This document shows positions 49,192-58,401 of a stretch of DNA of 64,000 nucleotides, piece after piece; positions within the stretch are counted from its first letter, which is position 1, and each line of letters opens with the position of its first letter. The position numbers and the translations under genes were made by a program. The notes under the pieces were generated by a model that saw nothing but the letters and a program-made list of their open reading frames with translations, was not told the origin of the DNA and ran no database searches. The DNA is from Truepera sp. (GTDB taxonomy: Bacteria; Deinococcota; Deinococci; Deinococcales; Trueperaceae), in NCBI GenBank assembly GCA_965218435.1, contig CBDCKW010000009.1, forward strand, positions 3,872,001 through 3,936,000, in the 5' to 3' direction.

Positions 49192-50730
49192 GTGCCGTTC
49201 CCTTTCAAAACCTACCGCAAGGGTCAGTTAGGGGCCATCCAAGCGGCCCGTGCTGCCTTCAAGTCGGGCAAACGGTTTGTCGTCATCGAAGCGCCGACGG
49301 GTTCGGGTAAATCGGCCATCGCCGTCACACTCGCCCGTGAAGCGGGCAGCGCGTATGTGCTGACCGCGCAAAAACTTCTGCAAGACCAGTACGGGCGCGA
49401 TTTTCCCGATTTGGCCCTGATGAAAGGTCGCGCGAACTACCGCTGTTTGGTCACTCCGACGCACGCCGCCGCTGCGCCGTGTATCACCGGGCGCAAGTTT
49501 CCCGAGTGCGACGACTGCCCGTATTTTTGCGCCAAAGACGAGGCGATGGCGGCGAACAGCGCCCTGATGAACTACGCGTATTACCTGACCGAACTCAACT
49601 ATCAGGGTGGGTTTGGGCCGCGTGAATTGCTTGTCCTAGACGAAGCGCACAACGCCGAAGGTGCGCTGATGGGTTTTGTCGAGGTGACGCTTTCGGACGT
49701 GCAACTCCGGCGTGTGGGTATCAGCGAGATGATTCCGACGGCGTTTGACAATTTGGAGTATTTTGACTTTGCCGAAGATATGGTACCACTTTTAACCAAA
49801 CGCCGCCGTGAGTTGGAGGCGCAGCTCAAAGGGGCTAAACTGCCGGAAGGGGTGGCGCTCGAGCTGCTCGCCCACAAACAGTGGTTGGACACGCAGCTCT
49901 CACGGTTGGAACTCCTTAACTACAGCCGCGACGAAGAAAATGTCGAATGGGTTGTTGAACGCAGCAGCGGCGCAGACGGGCAGCGCGTGACCTTCAAGCC
50001 CGTCAAGGTCGCCGCGTTTGCCGAACAGCTGATGTTCCGTTTTGGCGAACGGGTGTTGATGCTCTCGGCGACGATTTTAGACCCGCCGACGTACTTGCGG
50101 AGTCTCGGCATCGAACCTGAAGACGCCGAAGTGATTGCGGTGGCCTCCGAGTTTCCGCCGGAAAACCGCCCCATCTATCCCAAAAACACCGCCCGCCTGA
50201 CCCGTCATTATATGGAGCGCGACCTCCCCAAACTGATCGCTGAAATATCTGATCTGATGGAGTCGCACCCGGACGATAAGGGCCTGATTCACACGCACAC
50301 CTACAAGATTGCAGCGTATATCGCCAAGCATCTGCCGAAACGTCACGCGGCGCGGCTGGTCACACATTACGGCGCGGACGGGCGTGAAATGGCTTTAGAA
50401 CAGCACCTTAAAAGCCCGAAACCAACCGTACTCTTAACGCCTAGCATGACCGAAGGCATCGACCTCCCCGGCGACCTGTCGCGCTGGCAAGTGATTTGCA
50501 AACTGCCGTATCCCTACCTGGGCGACCCGCAGATTGCGCGGCGGCGCGACCTCGACCCGACTTGGTACGACTGGCGTACCTGCCTGACGGTTGTGCAAGC
50601 TTACGGCAGAAGCGTGCGGAGCGCCGACGATTTTGCGGTGACGTATGTTCTGGACGCCGACTTTAAGGCGTTTTTGAAACGGCAGCGGGGGCGGCTGCCG
50701 GGATGGTTCTTGGAAGCCGTGCAAGAGTGA
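49192..50730 (+). CDS. DinG/XPD-family ATP-dependent DNA helicase with Fe-S cysteines
   Basis: EAPTGSGKS, KGRANYRC...C...C..CPY, DEAH, LSAT, EGID.PG and QAYGR.VRS..D. Confidence 0.92.
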   Translation: MPFPFKTYRKGQLGAIQAARAAFKSGKRFVVIEAPTGSGKSAIAVTLAREAGSAYVLTAQKLLQDQYGRDFPDLALMKGRANYRCLVTPTHAAAAPCITGRKFPECDDCPYFCAKDEAMAANSALMNYAYYLTELNYQGGFGPRELLVLDEAHNAEGALMGFVEVTLSDVQLRRVGISEMIPTAFDNLEYFDFAEDMVPLLTKRRRELEAQLKGAKLPEGVALELLAHKQWLDTQLSRLELLNYSRDEENVEWVVERSSGADGQRVTFKPVKVAAFAEQLMFRFGERVLMLSATILDPPTYLRSLGIEPEDAEVIAVASEFPPENRPIYPKNTARLTRHYMERDLPKLIAEISDLMESHPDDKGLIHTHTYKIAAYIAKHLPKRHAARLVTHYGADGREMALEQHLKSPKPTVLLTPSMTEGIDLPGDLSRWQVICKLPYPYLGDPQIARRRDLDPTWYDWRTCLTVVQAYGRSVRSADDFAVTYVLDADFKAFLKRQRGRLPGWFLEAVQE

Positions 50731-51188
50731 TTCAGAGGGTCTCGAGCCCCAAAATTAGATTCGAGACCGACTTTTCAACCTCCTTTGTTTTCGCCTCCAA
50801 GTGCTTACGCTCTAAAGCGATTTCTGCGCGGCGCTGCTCGAGTTCAGCTACAAGCTTTTGCTGAACCGCCAGAGGTGGAACGGGAAGAGGAAGCTCTCTT
50901 AAGTCATTACTATTAATAGAGGCCAGATTCGTCGTAAACTTAGCACACGCCCTAAAGTAGCTACGTGCTGGTGGCGTGAGCATATACTCTAGAACAAACT
51001 GCGGTGAAGCCAAACTCGTATCAACTCGAGCTTTAAGAATATGGTTCTGATGTACACAGTCGAAGATTTCTTCGTTCCAAATAGCTGGTCTACCAACTAG
51101 TTCGGCACTATTGCCTTCGCAAACAAGTAGGTCATGCTTTTGCAACCTAAATGCACCCATGGCGTCATCAGAAACGTTGATGTATTAA

Positions 51189-52230
51189 ATCATCTGCGAA
51201 ATAAGTACACGATCAGAATAAAGTAGCTAGGCTTAGAGAAAGGGTTTAAGTCGGCTTACCAAGCCAGAGCATCTAACTTTCTGAAGTTATGAAGCCCCGC
51301 GATAGCTAAGAAAGTGTCATCATAAACAGCTTTTGGGCCTCGGTAGATACCCGCTAAGAGCTTAAAGCGTTTCAAGTGAGCCAGTGTGTGCTCGACAGGA
51401 AAACGCAGGCTGTTTTGAACTTTGTTGAGGCATTTCTGGATGAAGTCCAGGGGTTTGTTTCTTCTAGCTTTGCTGGGCTGATGGAAGGTTCTATGGGGAA
51501 AATCCTTATCAATACCGTCATATCCTTTGTCCACTCGGACCTCGGTAGCCGTAGGTAAAGCTCGTAACACCCCGGTACCTCTAAGGACGTTGACGTCGCT
51601 GAATTTGCCTGGTAAAGAACGTGTCACATGAAGGATAAGCTTTGTGTTGGTGGCAGTGATTTGGGTCTTGAGCGTATGTCGCTTTTTCTTACCTGAATAC
51701 TTGTCTCTGCGTTCTTGCTTGTCTTTGGGTTTCTGGATTTCTTGCTCGGTAGCATCAACCAAGACTTCCTTGAACTCAGGATGCTGCTCAAGCAGTTCTT
51801 CTAGGCTTGCGATACGCTTTCTTTTAGCTTGACCAAAAAGAACTGTCTCGTGCGCTGGTAAGGGGAGAACCTCAAGTAGTACAGGTCGAAGTTTGCTGAT
51901 CAAACGGCTGACGTTACTATCATCCAAGTTGAATAAGTAGCCTAGTAGCAGCTGGGTCAGGTACAAACGGTAATACAGCAGCACCCCTAAAACCTGATCC
52001 TCTACCCCTAGTTCTGCCTTGCGTCCCCCGCCTACTGCACGTTGACGTAATTTGCCCTGGGTGCCTTTTGGTTCGGCAAGGCGTACTTCGACCGCTTTAC
52101 TAAGCAACTTGAACTGCTCGACGCTTAAACCTGTGAAGTTATACAGATGCTTGGGCTTTCTCTTTAAGCGGCTCGCTTTCATCCTGCTAGTTTAGTCCTT
52201 TGACTCCTTCGGCGCTATTTCGCAGATGAT
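51189..52230 (-). mobile_element. IS5-family (ISL2-group-like) insertion sequence, apparently intact
   Basis: Perfect IR ATCATCTGCGAAATA / TATTTCGCAGATGAT flanked by TTAA on both sides (exact boundary uncertain by a few bp); single transposase ORF. Confidence 0.9.
51256..52182 (-). CDS. DDE transposase (HTH + DDE, ISL2-like)
   Basis: TGLS.EQF HTH start, VDATEQ, YSGKKK.HTLK, DKGY and VEH. Confidence 0.92.
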   Translation of the reverse strand: MKASRLKRKPKHLYNFTGLSVEQFKLLSKAVEVRLAEPKGTQGKLRQRAVGGGRKAELGVEDQVLGVLLYYRLYLTQLLLGYLFNLDDSNVSRLISKLRPVLLEVLPLPAHETVLFGQAKRKRIASLEELLEQHPEFKEVLVDATEQEIQKPKDKQERRDKYSGKKKRHTLKTQITATNTKLILHVTRSLPGKFSDVNVLRGTGVLRALPTATEVRVDKGYDGIDKDFPHRTFHQPSKARRNKPLDFIQKCLNKVQNSLRFPVEHTLAHLKRFKLLAGIYRGPKAVYDDTFLAIAGLHNFRKLDALAW

Positions 52231-53180
52231 TTAATTGATTTCCGATAGGTCTAGAAGCCCGCTCTGGACGTTTGCAACTCTGAGATATGGCCGAGCTTTA
52301 TCTCTAGGTCTGTTCTGCGGACTTTTCTGAATTCCATAAGAAATACTTGCAACTTCTCCAAGAGAACGCACCGGAAAATGCGACTTATAAACATCCGAAG
52401 CGCCTGTCGAAACACGAGCCAGATAGTTGACGCTCCAACGCTCTAAGTCTTTCCATTCAAGAGCAAATGCCTTTGGCAGTATCCGCTCAACGTCGCGTAT
52501 AGGAATTCCAAGCTGTGAAAGCAAATACTGAGGAGTTAGCGCCTCCAAGTCTGTTAACCGTGCAGTTGCGTCCGCAATCTCCCGCTGCGCCTGCTGCCAC
52601 TTGTCTACGATAGCCTGTTGGATATGCAGCGGCGGCAGAGGAACATCCATACTCTCGATTTGCTCAGGCTGGACTCTCTTGCGTCCACTCGCACCGCTAA
52701 TCATGCTGTTGATGGCTCTCCGAAAGTAAGCGGTGCGGAAGAGCAGTTGAACGTACTGTGTCACGGCGACATCCGCATGAACTTTATAGACGGGGTACTC
52801 GCTGCTTACTGCGGCCTCGGGTATGTCATCCGGGACGATGCCAATAGCACCATTGCGAACATCAATTTTGGAATAGAGGATGTCACCGGCCTCAGCTTGA
52901 AAAAGTTTTCCCTTAAACTGCTTTTTGCCCCGCAAGTCTCGAGGCGCTACGCTGCCGTCAAAGTGCAGCGTCAAGAGTTGAAGAGACTCGAGCGAAAGCG
53001 TCTTTCTACTTACTTCGGTTTGCTTCCGCCGTAAAGCTGCAGACAAGGGTTTGATGTACGCTTTGGGCCAGTGCCAAGCAACGCTAAAAAATGATGAAGG
53101 GCTCCAAAAGTCTAAATCTTTGAACCAAACCCCAAACGCTTTGGGAGAAGCTTTTGCTGCTAGTGCTGTTTGCACTGCTG

Positions 53181-55505
53181 TCACTGGGCGGCCCCCAACA
53201 TAAATGCGGCAGCGTCTTTTTTGAACTGCTGATAGAGCGCCAAGCACGTGGTTTCCGGGGTAACGCCTTCCGGTAACTCGGTAGTTTCGTTGCTGTAAAG
53301 CTCATTCTGGTCGGCTTCACCGGTTGCAGTGATGCCTACCTTGTCGGCTTCGTAGAGAAACACGGGATAGGCAAAACGCTCCCTTAGAAGTGCTCTGGTT
53401 TCCTGCTTTTTCTGCTCGTCCATACGCCGCTGATACTCGAGCAACTCTCTTTGCGTGTCTTTGCGCCTTGTTTGTTCAGCAAGGATGAGGGTCTCGAGGC
53501 TCTGTACCTCTACTTCATCCGGCGCTTCGGTTTTGCGCAATTTTCTCAGCTTGGTTTGTGCCTGAGTTGCGGCGGTTTTAGCTGTTTGACTGAGGGTTTC
53601 TAACCGTGCGGTTTCTTTAGCTATTTCAGGAGCATATTTGGCCTCGACTTCTGCTCTGGCAGCCTCACGTTTGGCTTCAAAATCAGCCTTTTGCTCTTCG
53701 GTAAACTTCTGTAAAAAGAGCAGCGAGGCTTTGACGGTTGCACCTGATGCGTAAAACGTCTCTTGCGGCAAGCTGACCACGGTCTGAATATAGGCGCGGT
53801 CTTCGCAAAACTCGCGTACATAGGCAAGGCTTGGGTTATTAAAGATACCTTCAGGCAGCACGATACCTAAGCGCCCGCCGGGTTTGAGCAGGTCTAAACA
53901 GCGTTCGATAAAGAGAATTTCGGTTTTGATTTTGCTTTTTTCACCTTTGGGCAGCGCGAAGAGGCTCGAGATAGGTTTGCCTTCTTGGGCGCGTACCCGC
54001 CTCTGCGCTTCTTCGTAAAGCGCACCGTAGTCACGTCGGTAGCGGGCCTCGGTCTCTTCGTCAACCGGCGGCAGGTGAACCACATCGGACGCTTCAACAC
54101 TGGCCCCAAAAGGTGGGTTGGTCAAGATAATGTCGAAGCGTCCCTCAAAGATACCGTTGACGTTCAAAAAGCCGTCGTGGTGATGGACGCCGCCATGTCC
54201 GTCGCCGTGCATAATCATGTTCATCTTGCTGGTTCTCGCCATGCGTTCGTTCGCGTCGGTGCCGTAAATGCAGCGGTTGGCAAGCGTCCAGAGTTTTGAG
54301 CCCTTGATGCTCTGGTCAAGCGTTTTCTGAAGCTCTTTATACCGCGCATCAAGCTGTGCAGCTTTCTCTTCTTCGGTAAACAAGGTGTTAGTTTCGACCT
54401 CAGCCTTATAGCTTTGATACTCCTTATCAGCCTCGGCTAAGATTTGCTGCCGCACAATCTCAAAAAAGCGTATGAGGAAGCCGCCCGAGCCGCTAGCCGG
54501 GTCGCAAATTACATCTTTCTCTTTGGGCTCAACCATCCGAATCATAAACTCTACGATGCTCCGGGGCGTAAAAAACTGCCCGATTTCACCCCGAAAGGTG
54601 CGGCCTAAAAACTTCTCGAATGCAATGCCTTTAACGTCTTCGCTGGTTTCAGAGAGGTCGTAACGCTCGAGTTCCTTAACAATTTCACGGACGGTATTGA
54701 ACTTGAGGCTGATGGTTTCGTCAAGGTCGAAAATCTTGTCAGCTTTATACTCTTTCTTGGTTTGCTTAAAAAGGTCGTCAACAGGGTCGTCCACGTAAAC
54801 TTTTTGTTTGTCTAAAAAAGCTGCCGTAAAAAGATTTTCTCTTACACGCCCTGCTCTAAGACGCCTTTCGTGAGTTACTTTGACAAACAAAATCTTGGCA
54901 ATTTCATCAAAAGCTGCTGCCGGGTCGAGCTTTTCACGGTTACGGATGATGTTGTGACATTTATGCAAAAGGTCGGCGAACTCGTTTTCCTTAAAGACCT
55001 TGAGTTTTTTGAGGAGCGTGTCAATCTCTTTGTCGCTGTCATCTGCGTGAGGGATGTCGCTTATTTCCTCGAGTGACTTGGGCATTCTTTCGTGCAGCAC
55101 ACGCCAGTATTTGGTTTCGCTGTTGTTATGCGTCACCAAAAAACGCGCGTTGGTATAGCGTGCATAGTTGTCGCCCTGCCAGTAGTCCTCTTGGGTGATG
55201 GTGACGTTATCGGATTTGCACTCAACGGCTATGAGCGGGCTTTTATTGTCCAATTTGTCTTGTGGCGTGCGCCAGACGAGAAAGTCTGCTCGAGCGTTAC
55301 CCGTACCGCGCCCGGTTGTATTCAGCTCTTCAGCAATCTGCTTGAGGGAAAAGCCGTATTCGTTGACGAGCATTAAAAGATACTCTTGCCTTACGCGCTC
55401 TTCGGGCTGTTCCTCTAACCATATTTCTCTGACATGGCTCCATATCTTGCTGCCCTGACGTTTTAGCGCGAGGCGAGTTTGAGATGTTTCGGACGTTGTG
55501 GTCAT
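53181..55505 (-). CDS. Fused restriction nuclease - N6-adenine DNA methyltransferase (Type IIB/IIG-like RM subunit)
   Basis: N-terminal PEERVRQ, ADFLVW and VECK nuclease domain; GQFFTPR, DPASGSGGF and NPPF; long C-terminal coiled coil. Confidence 0.92.
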   Translation of the reverse strand: MTTTSETSQTRLALKRQGSKIWSHVREIWLEEQPEERVRQEYLLMLVNEYGFSLKQIAEELNTTGRGTGNARADFLVWRTPQDKLDNKSPLIAVECKSDNVTITQEDYWQGDNYARYTNARFLVTHNNSETKYWRVLHERMPKSLEEISDIPHADDSDKEIDTLLKKLKVFKENEFADLLHKCHNIIRNREKLDPAAAFDEIAKILFVKVTHERRLRAGRVRENLFTAAFLDKQKVYVDDPVDDLFKQTKKEYKADKIFDLDETISLKFNTVREIVKELERYDLSETSEDVKGIAFEKFLGRTFRGEIGQFFTPRSIVEFMIRMVEPKEKDVICDPASGSGGFLIRFFEIVRQQILAEADKEYQSYKAEVETNTLFTEEEKAAQLDARYKELQKTLDQSIKGSKLWTLANRCIYGTDANERMARTSKMNMIMHGDGHGGVHHHDGFLNVNGIFEGRFDIILTNPPFGASVEASDVVHLPPVDEETEARYRRDYGALYEEAQRRVRAQEGKPISSLFALPKGEKSKIKTEILFIERCLDLLKPGGRLGIVLPEGIFNNPSLAYVREFCEDRAYIQTVVSLPQETFYASGATVKASLLFLQKFTEEQKADFEAKREAARAEVEAKYAPEIAKETARLETLSQTAKTAATQAQTKLRKLRKTEAPDEVEVQSLETLILAEQTRRKDTQRELLEYQRRMDEQKKQETRALLRERFAYPVFLYEADKVGITATGEADQNELYSNETTELPEGVTPETTCLALYQQFKKDAAAFMLGAAQ

Positions 55506-55594
55506 AGGGTTAAAATACCAATCTTAACGCCTTGAAGCCCCGAATTGGGTTAAACCCTTTTGTGAGGACAGCAATAATTGGTGGAGGGTCTACT

Positions 55595-56029
55595 TTGAAT
55601 GTCCAGTTTATTGAAAACGACCCAGCGCTGACCGGGGAGGCCCTTAACGCGCTCTATACCGCTGTTGGCTGGAACGATGACGAAATGCGCACGCCGGAGA
55701 AAACGCAGCTGGTGCTGGAACGTGCCGCCTGTTTTGTCGCAGCTTGGGACGGCGAAACACTCGTTGGGTTTGGCCGCCTCTTCGCTGACGTGTACTGGGC
55801 ACAAATCTTGGATGTGATGACCCGGCCCGAGTACCGCCGCCGCGGAGTTGCTAAAGAGATTGTCTTGAGGCTCATCACCTACGCTGAAAAGGAGCAGCTG
55901 AGTCTGATGCTGATCGCTGCGGGTGGGCTCGAGCGTTTGTACCGACAGTTCGGCTTTGCAGAGGCCGACCCCGCCACCGACGTGCTGATGTACCGGCCGT
56001 TACCGCAACCCGGCGAAGATTCAGGGTGA
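55595..56029 (+). CDS. GNAT family acetyltransferase
   Basis: LVGFGR, V..RPEYRRRGVA and LYRQFGF; probable TTG start behind GGAGG. Confidence 0.88.
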   Translation: MNVQFIENDPALTGEALNALYTAVGWNDDEMRTPEKTQLVLERAACFVAAWDGETLVGFGRLFADVYWAQILDVMTRPEYRRRGVAKEIVLRLITYAEKEQLSLMLIAAGGLERLYRQFGFAEADPATDVLMYRPLPQPGEDSG

Positions 56030-56111
56030 GCCAGGGTCACCTAACCCATCCTATCAAAGACGCCACGCGGCAAACGCCGTAAAAGTGGACACAGCAAAAG
56101 TAGACACAGTA

Positions 56112-56137
56112 AAAGAGTCCCTGTACAGGGACTCTTT
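56112..56137. terminator. Bidirectional terminator (perfect 26-bp palindrome) between the GNAT gene and the glycoside hydrolase cluster
   Basis: AAAGAGTCCCTGTACAGGGACTCTTT. Confidence 0.8.
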
Positions 56138-56200
56138 CGGCACTGAATCTAAAAGCTAGAGTTGAAAGAAAACTATCTAAAAACGGGTCCCTGCCAGATT

Positions 56201-58276
56201 TTACGGGTAACTGACGACGTTTCTTGGCGTCGTATTTCCCGCCGGGTTCGGTACCGCTCCGCCGGTGTTGTTGACGACATTCAAGATCGTTCCAACATCT
56301 CCTAGCGACACGGTTAAGACGCTGCGTAGGCGCACGCCGGGGGTATTGGGCACCTCAAAACCGCGCGAGGCGACGATATTCGGGTCGGAGAAAAAGACGC
56401 AGTACGCGCCGCCGCCGTAAAGTTCATGGTTGCGCACGTTGTCGGCGACTTTGTACGACGCCCACCCTTGACCCGTCGGACTCTGCCAAGCCGCTTGCGA
56501 GGGCGGGTCGTAGGGCATCTCGTTTTGGAAGAAGATCGTCTTACCGTTTTCGCCGTTCCAGATGACCTGATACTTTTGGTAGTGCTCGACGAACAGACCG
56601 GTCGCCAGCACATCGTCGCCATTGACGATCACGCCGCTAGCGGCGGTATTTTGGTTCCAACCGATCCCCGCGCCGTGGTCACCGCGCCACGCCCAGATAT
56701 GGTCAATCACGGTGTCGTCACTGTTGACGACCAAACTGACGGCAGATTTGCCCGCACGGGGGCCGCCGATACGGAAGTAGACGTCTTGGATGACGATAGG
56801 GTTGGCGGCGTGGCCTCGGCTCGAGCCCGCTTCGCCAACCGTAAGCAAAACGGGGCTGTTGACCGGTCCGGCGTCGAAGAGAATCCCGGCGACGATAACC
56901 CCGTCTACATCGGCGACGCTCATCGCGTTGACGCCGTTTTCCGGTACCAGCGTCGGATAGCCGAGGCCGTAGATGACCGTGTTGGGCCGCGTGACCTTTA
57001 AGGTTTCGCTGAGCCGGTACACGCCGGGCGTAAAGAACAAGTTGAGACCTTGGGCCAGAGCCGCGTTGAGCGTTGCGGTACCGTCGCTCGGTTTGGCAAC
57101 GTAAAAGTTTCTGAGCGGAACGGAAGTGCCCGGGGTATTGGGCCAGGTTGCGCCTCTCGAGTTTCTCTGTAACGCCGGGACAAACACGCTGTAGTTGCCC
57201 GCGCCATCGATGTAAAGGTAGGGTTTTTCGCGCGTGACCGGGGTGGTATCTAACGTCGTGTGCGGTGGGTTCGGGAACGCCTGCGGCGGCGCACCCTGCA
57301 CGCCTGAAAAGACCATGTTCCAGACGCCGCCGTCCCACCCTCTACCGAAGCTGCTGTTCCGGGTGTACCACTGCTGCTGCGAGCCCGAGCCGATACCCCC
57401 GTCTATTCGGGCGTCAGCCAGATACCCCCCACTCGCGTAGCCCTGCCCAAAATCCTGATTCGACGGGGCCATCGTGAAATTACCCTTGATGTGAACGCGG
57501 CGCATGGGCGCGGCTTGCGATACTGCCCAGCGCGTGGTGCCGCCTTCGGGCGCGACCGAGAGGTTTTCTGCTGAGCGCCAAAAGTTTTGCGTGGCGTTTT
57601 TTTCGTCGCCTAAGTTCCAGCCGCTGTCTACGTTGATATTGCGGGTGATCGTGACGTCGTCGGGGTTTTTACCTAGACCCGCAACCGTCGTATAAAAACC
57701 CAGGTTGGCAAACACGTTGTAGCTACCGGGTTTGAACAAAAAGGTGTCGCGCTGACTGCCGAACTGCGCGGTAGAGCTGAGGAGCAGCCGGTTAAAAGCC
57801 GCGTCGAGGTCGCGCTGAATCACCGAGTCGGGGGTGCTGTCGTCGTAGATTTTGACGTTCGGGCCGAAGTCGGGGCGGTCGGAAGTCGGCAGGTTCGTCG
57901 TGGGGTTGCCGGTGCGTGTTACCCGAACAGAGCTCACGAGATCGTTGAAGTTGTTGTCTACCAAACAGCTGTCATCCCCGGTTAACGTAAGGCTGCGCCC
58001 CTGATAATTCGCGTCGAGAAAGAGTTCGACTTGGTAGCCGTCGGCGACCCGGACGGAAGAAACGTTGTCGTTGGGCATTCCGAGGGCGATAAGGTCGTTG
58101 TAGTTGTAATCCCCTGCGTCTAAACTCACACTCTTCCCGCTAAATGAACAGTCCAGATATAGTTTTACGTCACCGACAGCAGTTGCGTCTAGGAGCTGGT
58201 TACTCTTTTCGGGGGTGCTACACGCACCCAGTAACAGGGTCAACCCAACGAGCAGGGCAAAAAGTTTTTGGGACAT
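56201..58276 (-). CDS. Lipoprotein: beta/gamma-crystallin domain + GH55-type exo-beta-1,3-glucanase
   Basis: Lipobox LGAC; NDNVSSV/NDLVSSV Greek-key motifs; PDFGPNV, NFWRSAEN, WAVSQAAP, GSQQQW, VEHYQKY and FFQNE.PYD. Confidence 0.85.
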   Translation of the reverse strand: MSQKLFALLVGLTLLLGACSTPEKSNQLLDATAVGDVKLYLDCSFSGKSVSLDAGDYNYNDLIALGMPNDNVSSVRVADGYQVELFLDANYQGRSLTLTGDDSCLVDNNFNDLVSSVRVTRTGNPTTNLPTSDRPDFGPNVKIYDDSTPDSVIQRDLDAAFNRLLLSSTAQFGSQRDTFLFKPGSYNVFANLGFYTTVAGLGKNPDDVTITRNINVDSGWNLGDEKNATQNFWRSAENLSVAPEGGTTRWAVSQAAPMRRVHIKGNFTMAPSNQDFGQGYASGGYLADARIDGGIGSGSQQQWYTRNSSFGRGWDGGVWNMVFSGVQGAPPQAFPNPPHTTLDTTPVTREKPYLYIDGAGNYSVFVPALQRNSRGATWPNTPGTSVPLRNFYVAKPSDGTATLNAALAQGLNLFFTPGVYRLSETLKVTRPNTVIYGLGYPTLVPENGVNAMSVADVDGVIVAGILFDAGPVNSPVLLTVGEAGSSRGHAANPIVIQDVYFRIGGPRAGKSAVSLVVNSDDTVIDHIWAWRGDHGAGIGWNQNTAASGVIVNGDDVLATGLFVEHYQKYQVIWNGENGKTIFFQNEMPYDPPSQAAWQSPTGQGWASYKVADNVRNHELYGGGAYCVFFSDPNIVASRGFEVPNTPGVRLRSVLTVSLGDVGTILNVVNNTGGAVPNPAGNTTPRNVVSYP
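57930..58110. repeat. Copy 1 of a 181-bp crystallin-module DNA repeat
   Basis: Matches 61233-61413 with 4 mismatches by manual alignment; 57999-58110 is identical. Confidence 0.95.
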
Positions 58277-58401
58277 TAGGTATCCTTTCGTAAATGAAGT
58301 TTGGAACGGGACTCGAGCGGCGCTTTAGGCGTTCTAAAATGCCGCCCCAGTGGCTTTCAAAGTTTTCTCTACAGGATTAAGTCGCCTCAGAAATGACAGT
58401 T

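Larger units (their letters stand above)
50732..53184 (-). pseudogene. R-M specificity (HsdS-like) subunit split by an IS
   Basis: The 5' part (GTG 53184 to 52231) has TRD1, PLPPL.IQQAIV and the start of TRD2 (PYLRVANVQSG.LDLSEI). The 3' part (about 51184 to 50732) continues YINV...CEGNS...PVPPLAVQQKLV. Confidence 0.88.
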
